Positions 54,047 to 64,000 of a DNA stretch of 64,000 bases are shown here, piece after piece (positions within the stretch are counted from its first letter, which is position 1; the number at the start of each line of letters is the position of its first letter). The position numbers and the translations under genes were made by a program. The notes under the pieces were generated by a model. It ran no database searches, was not told the DNA's origin, and saw only the letters and a list, made by a program, of their open reading frames with translations. This DNA is from Octopus bimaculoides (taxonomy: Eukaryota): NCBI RefSeq assembly GCF_001194135.2, contig NC_068989.1, positions 12,602,177-12,666,176 on the forward strand, read 5' to 3'.

Positions 54047-55457
54047 AATATAATATTTTATATATTGTATATAAGGAGTTAGTAATAATCTTCAATAAAT
54101 ATACTTCATAATATTAAATATCGTGAAATTATCATATAGTTTTCAAACATATTATTAAATATATGACTCCAAGTATGATGCAATGAGCAACACATATTTT
54201 CAAATCTGTCTAAATTTATTACAATTCATTAAGTTTAAAACCAATATATTTGTTATACCATTCAAAGAAAAATTGTCTGTTATAATAACTTAATTCTTTA
54301 AACAGTTTCATTGCAATACGAACTCAGAACCTACACACCACGTAATATTGTATAATATAAGTTTGAAAGATAATTAGATATAAGTTTAAATATAATGATC
54401 AGAGTATCAAAGGATATATTTACGTAAATGAATCGAAAGTTATATTCCAAAGTGACAGCATTCACTTTCAAATGAAATGCCGTTGCAATTTGAAGTTATA
54501 TTAGCAACGCTTATTAATTTTTATATTCCTAATTTAATTATAATTTATATTATAAATTCTTATTTATTAAATACTATTAAATTACTACTTTAATTTACTC
54601 GCACAGTCATAAAATTAAGTAGCAAATTAATTGATATCATGTTACTTTAGAAATAACGTAGACATGTTACCTACCTATATTACATTGACACACACGTATT
54701 ACCACATACGCCATGTATATATATATATATATATATAAACACACACACATACACACACACACATACACACACACACATATATATATATATAAACACACCA
54801 AACACTCATATATATATATATATATATATATATAATTCAGAGTCACTTAAAGAGAGAAATGCTTCTGCATGTACATATATAAATACAGATGTTCGTATGT
54901 GTATGCTTTTGTGTGAGTGTATTTAAGTGCGTGTGTGAGTGTGTGTACATCTGTGTGTATTTGCGCGTGCGTGTCTTTGTCTGTTCGCCGGTACATGGAG
55001 AACTGCTTTTCCTCTTCTATTCAATAAACGACACATTTCCAGTTTTATGGCTTCTTTAATCGAGGTCTGACATATTCGCTTTGGAAAGTTCGTGTATTCA
55101 TCATGCATATTTTTACACCTTTATAACCTCTTAATCAGGATGATGCTATGTTGGTCATATACATAGCATTATTTAACTGTAACTACGAAGTATTACATCA
55201 CCTTCTAACGAATCTATCGACCATTCTTGTCATTTGGGGTTCAGTCTGATGCAGTCTTCTACTTTAAATTTGTTTTGAGAATTTCGTCTTCCAGGCAAAT
55301 AAAAAAAGGGGAAAAACAAAGCAAATATATTTTACATCCTAGGGTACAATTGCGAGTTAAAAGAAATGAACATATCTTCGTTTTGATTGCACAAGTACCT
55401 ACATACATACATACATACATACATAAATACATGCATGTGTATGTAGTATATATACGG

Positions 55458-55625
55458 TTTTACTGTTTTACTCGTTTCAGTCATTTGACTGCGGCCATGC
55501 CGGAGCACCACCCAGGACTTATTATTTGCCGACCCGCTAAGTTTCGAGGACGTAAACACACCAGCATCGGATGTCAAGCGATATTGGGGGAACAAACATA
55601 CACACACAAACATATACACACACAC

Positions 55626-55702
<77 letters not shown>
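55458..55702 (-). mobile_element. SINE family C 3' half with internal deletions, running into microsatellite and gap
   Basis: ttactcgtttcagtcatttgactgcggccatgccggagcacc...ggacgtaaacacaccagcatcgg, then (CA)n(TA)n. Confidence 0.85.
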
Positions 55703-56326
55703 NNNNNNNNNNNNNNNNNNNNNNNNNNNNNNNNNNNNNNNNNNNNNNNNNNNNNNNNNNNNNNNNNNNNNNNNNNNNNNNNNNNNNNNNNNNNNNNNNN
55801 NNNNNNNNNNNNNNNNNNNNNNNNNNNNNNNNNNNNNNNNNNNNNNNNNNNNNNNNNNNNNNNNNNNNNNNNNNNNNNNNNNNNNNNNNNNNNNNNNNNN
55901 NNNNNNNNNNNNNNNNNNNNNNNNNNNNNNNNNNNNNNNNNNNNNNNNNNNNNNNNNNNNNNNNNNNNNNNNNNNNNNNNNNNNNNNNNNNNNNNNNNNN
56001 NNNNNNNNNNNNNNNNNNNNNNNNNNNNNNNNNNNNNNNNNNNNNNNNNNNNNNNNNNNNNNNNNNNNNNNNNNNNNNNNNNNNNNNNNNNNNNNNNNNN
56101 NNNNNNNNNNNNNNNNNNNNNNNNNNNNNNNNNNNNNNNNNNNNNNNNNNNNNNNNNNNNNNNNNNNNNNNNNNNNNNNNNNNNNNNNNNNNNNNNNNNN
56201 NNNNNNNNNNNNNNNNNNNNNNNNNNNNNNNNNNNNNNNNNNNNNNNNNNNNNNNNNNNNNNNNNNNNNNNNNNNNNNNNNNNNNNNNNNNNNNNNNNNN
56301 NNNNNNNNNNNNNNNNNNNNNNNNNT

Positions 56327-57270
56327 CTGCGATCTGAGATTCTACCACCCAAAGATCAAATCCAATGACATCTATCTAGCGAATCCATTTGACACTATTG
56401 GTCTTTATAACGCAGACTGGGATACGATCAATCATGATCATTTCCGCACGCACCCCCACCTACCCACACCAACATAAACATTCATGGCAGATATTGTCGA
56501 TGCTGTAACAAATATACGTGCAAAACATACTCGGTTAAGATCAGTAAACAAATCTAAGTGCAAAATCCCTAGCAATAGAAGAGCAATTATCAGAAAAATA
56601 AAAAAGAATTAACAAGAAAATCAACCAACTTAAATACTGCCAGCAGCAGCGCACCCATTCGACTGCCATTGCTTCATTCGAATTGCAAAAGTATAACCTC
56701 TAAAAAAGCATGATGACCATCATTAACAGTCAAAGAGCAGCTGAAGAGAGTTGGACCTTTGAGAAAATAAAACTCAATCCCAAAGTATCCTTTTCATTTG
56801 CAAAAAGAACAAAAACACATAAAGACGCTGTTTCCGCTGTTGGTCGTCTGGTTGATAAGAACAACACACTACATGATGATGCATAATCCATTGCGAGATA
56901 CGGTAGGGGGCCATACTGCTTTGTTTTAAGTAACGCTAATGCAGTTGATCAGGTTAGTATCTGTGATGTAAACCCTCATCTAAGCATATCTGACATAACT
57001 TTTAGTGCTCCTGATATCCTAACAGAAATAAATAAGATCCAGCACAACTCGGCAGTAGGTCCCGATAAGTTCCCGGCTACTGTTCTGAAGATGTGTCGAT
57101 CAAATTGCATCCCCTCTAGCTGAGCTCTGGAGAAACTCACTTGATGTAGGTTACATTCCTGATCATTTTCTTTCCCAGTCTGTCGTTTCAATCTTCAAAA
57201 AGGAAACAAATCTCTTGCAGTGAACTACCGTTCGATTTCAGGTACCTCTCATATCATTAAAGTATTTGAG
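56327..57270 (+). mobile_element. CR1/Jockey-group LINE ORF2 fragment (tether region plus RT N-terminus), pseudogenised
   Basis: Across frameshifts: LYNADWDTIN; EKIKLNPK; DILTEINKIQHNSAVGPDKFPATVLKMC; ELWRNSLDVGYIP; IFKK..NYRSISGTSHIIKVFER. These match the conserved SxGPD...P..LK, WRxSLDxGxIP and NYRPISLTSxxxKVFE blocks. The 5' side abuts a gap. Confidence 0.9.
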
Positions 57271-57952
57271 AGGGTGGCTTTACTATACAACTTAATTCGC
57301 TCGATTCTATAAACCCTACTGATTTATATGAAGTTGGATGTATAAAAAGGATGTTGTTGTCCTAACAGGAAACGCAATATTCGAAAGAAATTACACGTCA
57401 TTGCTGTCAACGCTGCTTCATGTTTTAAATTTAAACTTTTACTCAACACTCGCTTGTATTCAAGCATTTCACGCTGATTTGGGCGTAATGGTTCCAGCTT
57501 AATTTCATTGCTGAAAGGAACCAGTAGAAACGTACTTATTTTGGACGTTTAAACATTTACATTTCATTCTATCAGTTTACGTGCATGCCTATACGAATTT
57601 CTGTACTGTTATATATGAGAAGCAGACAGAAGAGTGTATGTGTATGTGTGTGTGCGCGTGCGTAAAATCACTTTGTTTATTGATGCGATATGTTATTTGC
57701 ACTTGTTGCATTTAGGTTTGTTACGTGTTACTTTTACTTTATTTTATTAACACAACATCAATCTGTAAGGATTTTCATTTCCTTAATGAACAAAGGTTTC
57801 AAATTGATTAAACACAATCGCTCCCATGTACCGAAACATCGCTTCATATGAAGTATCCAACAAAAATACAACCTGTCTAGTTTTCCCCAGCCTTTCTTTC
57901 ACTCCCCCTCTCTCATTCTATCTATCTATCTCTATCTGTCAATGAGTGTCTG

Positions 57953-58003
<51 letters not shown>

Positions 58004-58399
58004 NNNNNNNNNNNNNNNNNNNNNNNNNNNNNNNNNNNNNNNNNNNNNNNNNNNNNNNNNNNNNNNNNNNNNNNNNNNNNNNNNNNNNNNNNNNNNNNNN
58101 NNNNNNNNNNNNNNNNNNNNNNNNNNNNNNNNNNNNNNNNNNNNNNNNNNNNNNNNNNNNNNNNNNNNNNNNNNNNNNNNNNNNNNNNNNNNNNNNNNNN
58201 NNNNNNNNNNNNNNNNNNNNNNNNNNNNNNNNNNNNNNNNNNNNNNNNNNNNNNNNNNNNNNNNNNNNNNNNNNNNNNNNNNNNNNNNNNNNNNNNNNNN
58301 NNNNNNNNNNNNNNNNNNNNNNNNNNNNNNNNNNNNNNNNNNNNNNNNNNNNNNNNNNNNNNNNNNNNNNNNNNNNNNNNNNNNNNNNNNNNNNNNNNN

Positions 58400-58453
<54 letters not shown>

Positions 58454-58992
58454 GTAGAGAGAGAAAGTTATACTCTGTCATTTAATCGGAAGAGTTTAAG
58501 CTTGAAATTAAATTATTAATTTCATTAAAATATATACATTTTCATGTCCCAACGTCGTCACTGCACTTGAACCTTCATAATTTTTCTTAACCTTATGTAA
58601 ATTATTTTACAAGTATTAGAATCACATTTGATATAAAGCTTGCAGGATAGGTTGATTCACTTTGCACTGAACGACTTCGCTTTAATCATATAATACAATA
58701 CTCGCTAAATGTTAGTTTCTTGGCAAACATTAACCAGAACCATAAGCATTCTATTAATTAGGTGCATTAATTAGAGCAGTGTCGTAATTGGTGAATACAA
58801 TTCAATCGAGCGGCATCGACTATTTTGAAAAATAAGATCAACTGCATCCATTTTGCGGTTATAGACCCCTCACGCCACCAGATTTTTATAACGCCCCCTT
58901 TTCTTTTTTCTCTTTCATAAGAATTCTGACTGCTCCGTATTTAGTGTTATCATTATGACGTTCTCTCAAAGCAATGTATTAACTTACTTTAG

Positions 58993-59070
58993 CTGGGAAG
59001 CTACATCAGTGACAAAAGCGCCGAAAATCTCGACCAAGTGCATTCATCAATGCAAAAAATTAAGAGACAG
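58993..59070 (+). CDS. Candidate 78-nt exon (LGSYISDKSAENLDQVHSSMQKIKRQ)
   Basis: attaacttactttag| acceptor, cag|gttgat weak donor, frame-preserving. Confidence 0.2.
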
Positions 59071-59146
59071 GTTGATATGAGTCTATGTAAGACGCTTCGA
59101 GCCTCAGATTTATAGATGAAGCTTTTCCGATATAATAATAAATATA

Positions 59147-59475
59147 AAGGTAAAGGACTAAAAACCCTTTCTGTCGTGAATGACTATGGGACTGCACCTC
59201 GAAAGTTTCTCTCCAAAGCACAAGTCCGGGCAAGGTTGTTTACGGAAGACCATCAGTCGCTCATGCACACCAGCCTCCGCTATCCGCGCCATCAATTTTA
59301 TCCAAAGAAAAGTCAAAGGCCGATAGCTTGGCACCAGTGACGTCGCAACTCATTTCTACAGCCACGTGAAATAATGAGTTTTGTTTAAGAACACAATACA
59401 TAGAGCGGCTCAGTAATCGAACTCCCTACCTCATGATGGCGAGCTCGATGCTCTAACCACTTAACCATTCACCTT
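59147..59475 (-). mobile_element. tRNA-derived SINE, family E
   Basis: Minus-strand head ggtgaatggttaagtggttagagcatcgagctcgccatcatgaggtagggagttcgattac; tail ccttta repeats. Possible 14-bp TSD taat(a/g)ataaatata at 59133-59146 and 59476-59489. Confidence 0.8.
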
Positions 59476-60356
59476 TAATGATAAATATATAAACAAATTT
59501 ATTTACAGACTTTCAGTGCTCATGTTTGCACTAACAATCGTATATATTTCTGTGTGTGCTTCTGTGCATCTGTAAATAAGCATGTATTTATGTGTGTCTG
59601 ATATGTGCATATGTGCATTTCAGCATACCTGTCAGATCACTCAACGAGTGGTCAGGCCCTCCCTGATTGTTTAACGCGAACGTAGATAAAATCACTCCGA
59701 AAATTTTCAAGGTTTCAAAGAAAATGACCACGTCCAGTTTTCCTTCCCTCTATTTCTTCCTTTCAGTCAGCCAGCTCTTTTTCCTGTCTATCGGTCTGCC
59801 TGCCTGTTGGCCAGTCTACCGCAGAGTCTGTCTGTCCGTCTGTCTCTTTCTCCATCTCTTAAAATGCTACCCCATGGAGCGCCGGTCGTTGTGAAAGTCT
59901 GTATCAATATCTGATAATTCATGATTTTTGCGCGTCGTAAGAGAAAAAGCAACAGAAGCAGTCATATAAAATTTATCCTAATTATTGTAAGAGATACCAT
60001 CTATAAAATTTCGTACAACAGAATATATCTTTTTCAACAAAGATATAATATTTTATTTGGGAACAGATTGCAGTGTATTAGCGTTTTATTCATAAAAAAA
60101 TAAAATCCTTCTGGGCTTTCAACTAATATCTAATCATCTAATCATATTCAGGTGATCATTTCATGTACCTGAAAGATAAGACAATAGACCATGAAGGAAC
60201 ATCTATAAATGAAGCGGTGGTTTATCGCATTTTACCTTCTTAAAAACTACTTAAATACAAAAGGTTCACATGATGCATTCATAATGTTGAAAGTTACTGG
60301 AGACACAATGGACAATGTGTCTTCTACTGCAGCTTTGATCCAACCCTAAATGTTAC

Positions 60357-60634
60357 TTGTAAAATACGTTGGGAGTAATTCCGTCGAAACACTGTAACTG
60401 AATGATTACTGCTCTTCATCCGTCGTTCGGAGGAACTCCAACACCCGTTCTCGGGTATCTTGAATGGAGTCCACTTCATTGAAAGCATCAGGGTTACATT
60501 TCCAGTGAAGATAGCATCCTTTCTTCTATTCGTCATAAATGCTTTAAAAACATGTTCATGAGCGCTCCTAAGATCAAAGCCATTGGAAAGGTTTTTGTTT
60601 GTAAGATTTTCTTTTGTAATCTTCCTATTCTCAT
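60357..60634 (-). CDS. Candidate 278-nt coding exon, product unknown
   Basis: Acceptor gctctgtctactgtatttctag|, open frame (D)ENRKITKENLTNKN...RRNYSQRILQ, donor caa|gtaaca. The stop-to-stop frame is ~127 codons of non-repetitive sequence. Confidence 0.3.
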
Positions 60635-61264
60635 CTAGAAATACAGTAGACAGAGCTATACATAGATGTCTACCATTTACTAGTAAATTGCTTGTTATAT
60701 GTCGTGCCTAATATCACTCAGGATAACATTCTTGAGAGTCTACACGGCAATATAAAATGCGAATATCATGTAATTTCACAAATTTTGATACGAATACATA
60801 TACATATACATACATACGTACATACATACATACATACGTACATACATACATACATACGTACATACATACATACACACACATGTAAGTAATGTAAAATCAT
60901 TTAAGTGTACACCATTTATGTAATATGTAAAGCCATTTTATAATACAGCAAGAAAAAAAATGTAAAATGAAGCGTGAAAAGAGAATTCTAACGAAACAAT
61001 TATATTCTCTTTACTGCTAATATCATCCATATTTTTAAAAACTTCGTACAATTGACTTTTTCCGACATAAAATATCAATAATTTCACTGAATCGTAATGT
61101 TTAGCATATTTATGATATATTCATTGATATATTATATATTTTGAATCCTTTTCGTAGATTTTAAATGAGAATTTAATGTGAAATGTAAAATACTGCGCAA
61201 ATGTTTTCCTTTTATGTCTGGAAAAAAAAATAATAATATTCATGATGATGAACAACAATATAAA

Positions 61265-61266
<2 letters not shown>

Positions 61267-61296
<30 letters not shown>

Positions 61297-61331
61297 CTTC
61301 TTCTTCTTCTTCTTCTTCTTCTTCTTCTACC

Positions 61332-61362
<31 letters not shown>

Positions 61363-61370
61363 CTTCTACC

Positions 61371-61401
<31 letters not shown>

Positions 61402-61450
61402 CTTCTTCTTCTTCTTCTTCTTCTTCTTCTTCTTCTTCTTCTTCTTCTCC
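61267..61450. repeat. (TCT)n with two tctaccact interruptions
   Basis: Direct reading. Confidence 0.97.
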
Positions 61451-62342
61451 TCCCCTCCATAGCCTGCACCACAACCATATCAACACCAACACAGAATCAT
61501 ATGCAAGAAAATACACCACGGGAGGATTCATGGAAGTTGTCCAAATTTCCTAACATGACTGTCCTCCATANNNNNNNNNNNNNNNNNNNNNNNNNNNNNN
61601 NNNNNNNNNNNNNNNNNNNNNNNNNNNNNNNNNNNNNNNNNNNNNNNNNNNNNNNNNNNNNNNNNNNNNNNNNNNNNNNNNNNNNNNNNNNNNNNNNNNN
61701 NNNNNNNNNNNNNNNNNNNNNNNNNNNNNNNNNNNNNNNNNNNNNNNNNNNNNNNNNNNNNNNNNNNNNNNNNNNNNNNNNNNNNNNNNNNNNNNNNNNN
61801 NNNNNNNNNNNNNNNNNNNNNNNNNNNNNNNNNNNNNNNNNNNNNNNNNNNNNNNNNNNNNNNNNNNNNNNNNNNNNNNNNNNNNNNNNNNNNNNNNNNN
61901 NNNNNNNNNNNNNNNNNNNNNNNNNNNNNNNNNNNNNNNNNNNNNNNNNNNNNNNNNNNNNNNNNNNNNNNNNNNNNNNNNNNNNNNNNNNNNNNNNNNN
62001 NNNNNNNNNNNNNNNNNNNNNNNNNNNNNNNNNNNNNNNNNNNNNNNNNNNNNNNNNNNNNNNNNNNNNNNNNNNNNNNNNNNNNNNNNNNNNNNNNNNN
62101 NNNNNNNNNNNNNNNNNNNNNNNNNNNNNNNNNNNNNNNNNNNNNNNNNNNNNNNNNNNNNNNNNNNNNNNNNNNNNNNNNNNNNNNNNNNNNNNNNNNN
62201 NNNNNNNNNNNNNNNNNNNNNNNNNNNNNNNNNNNNNNNNNNNNNNNNNNNNNNNNNNNNNNNNNNNNNNNNNNNNNNNNNNNNNNNNNNNNNNNNNNNN
62301 NNNNNNNNNNNNNNNNNNNNNNNNNNNNNNNNNNNNNNNNNN

Positions 62343-62403
<61 letters not shown>

Positions 62404-64000
62404 AGTGTATATGTTTAGAGGCTATCATATTTGTTTCTTGCTTCTCATATAATACTTATGCAGAGATTATTGGATTATTGTATCATTATCTTTACACAGA
62501 TATTGTATAAGTTTCTAGACCGAGATTGCATAAGATTTCCAACACATTTTCTGAAATAATATAAAAAGTAAACAAAAGGTAAAAATAAAAAATAAAAAAC
62601 AAATAAGTAATGAATAAATAAAAGGAAAAAAAGTTTTATAATGCATAACCTCGTCAGATATGTAATAATGATAGTTACTGCCTGGTTATGTTTCCTGTAA
62701 GTATACCAAGTCAATACATCGAATGATTAAATCTGATATAGGGAAACTAAATGAATCTCAAGTAGGGTTTTATTGAAGACCTACTTATAAACGTGTAAGA
62801 TGTACTGATAGATGACATACATCAAGACGGATATGTATGTATATGTATGTTTGTGTGTGTGTGTTTATATATATATANNNNNNNNNNNNNNNNNNNNNNN
62901 NNNNNNNNNNNNNNNNNNNNNNNNNNNNNNNNNNNNNNNNNNNNNNNNNNNNNNNNNNNNNNNNNNNNNNNNNNNNNNNNNNNNNNNNNNNNNNNNNNNN
63001 NNNNNNNNNNNNNNNNNNNNNNNNNNNNNNNNNNNNNNNNNNNNNNNNNNNNNNNNNNNNNNNNNNNNNNNNNNNNNNNNNNNNNNNNNNNNNNNNNNNN
63101 NNNNNNNNNNNNNNNNNNNNNNNNNNNNNNNNNNNNNNNNNNNNNNNNNNNNNNNNNNNNNNNNNNNNNNNNNNNNNNNNNNNNNNNNNNNNNNNNNNNN
63201 NNNNNNNNNNNNNNNNNNNNNNNNNNNNNNNNNNNNNNNNNNNNNNNNNNNNNNNNNNNNNNNNNNNNNNNNNNNNNNNNNNNNNNNNNNNNNNNNNNNN
63301 NNNNNNNNNNNNNNNNNNNNNNNNNNNNNNNNNNNTATATACATATATATATATGTGTGTGTGTATATATATATGTATTTATATTATTAGTAGTAATAAT
63401 AATACTAATGGTATTTCATAACAATGGTGGTCGTGGGAGTTGTGGTGTGAGTAGTTTTATCGGTCATAGTAGCAAATAGTAGTAGCTGTCATGGAGGTAA
63501 CAAAAACACAATGTAGAACGTAAGAATATCAATAGTAATAATGGAATATCAAGACCACAGACACAAAGAATATCCAATACAACAAAAGGTGATTATTAGG
63601 AACTGAAGTAGCGTACGTGTCAATCATATTAAAAAATGTAGTTATATCTCGTTTGAGTAAAACCAACGATTACTTTAGAAAGAAGTTTCATATCTGGAAC
63701 GACATATTTGAAATATACCTGAATAAGTCTGTGTTGACAGATCAGATTATATTGTAATAAAATATTTATTTTCCTCTTAAACTGCGAAATTCATTTGTTT
63801 TATATACTGTCGTTTTACATGTTGGCTAAATATTTTGCTTTATATCATTTCGGTTTCCGGGAAAATTGGTTTGAGTATGAGGTTATGAGATGCAGACCGT
63901 ACGTGTTACACGGGAGGTGGAAAACTACAAGAGGCTGCGGCACAAGTTTAGCCATTTCGAAAAACTGTAGGGGTACAAAATACAGCAAATGTGGACATTA

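Overview
This is AT-rich, microsatellite-saturated animal genomic scaffold with about 22 N-gaps, most flanked by (TA)n/(CA)n. The repeat landscape looks like a coleoid cephalopod, most probably Octopus (inferred from resemblance to octopus tRNA-derived SINEs, not from a search). No intact protein-coding gene can be demonstrated; almost all long ORFs in the track are artefacts of N-gaps or simple repeats. The window reads as intronic or intergenic DNA carrying: at least five families of tRNA-headed SINE-like elements (>25 copies or fragments, several with target-site duplications); two clear mariner transposase remnants; one clear CR1/Jockey-type LINE ORF2 fragment; a few weaker TE remnants; and some low-confidence candidate exons. 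The standout observation is that two unrelated dispersed repeat families each carry a minimal type-I hammerhead ribozyme fold (stem I - CUGxNGA - A - stem II - GAAAC/GUH - stem I), the form known from Penelope-like element pseudo-LTRs. One family joins this motif to a Pol III tRNA-like head and sits as a head-to-head inverted duplication at 39.2-39.7 kb. Family letters A-F are my own labels.
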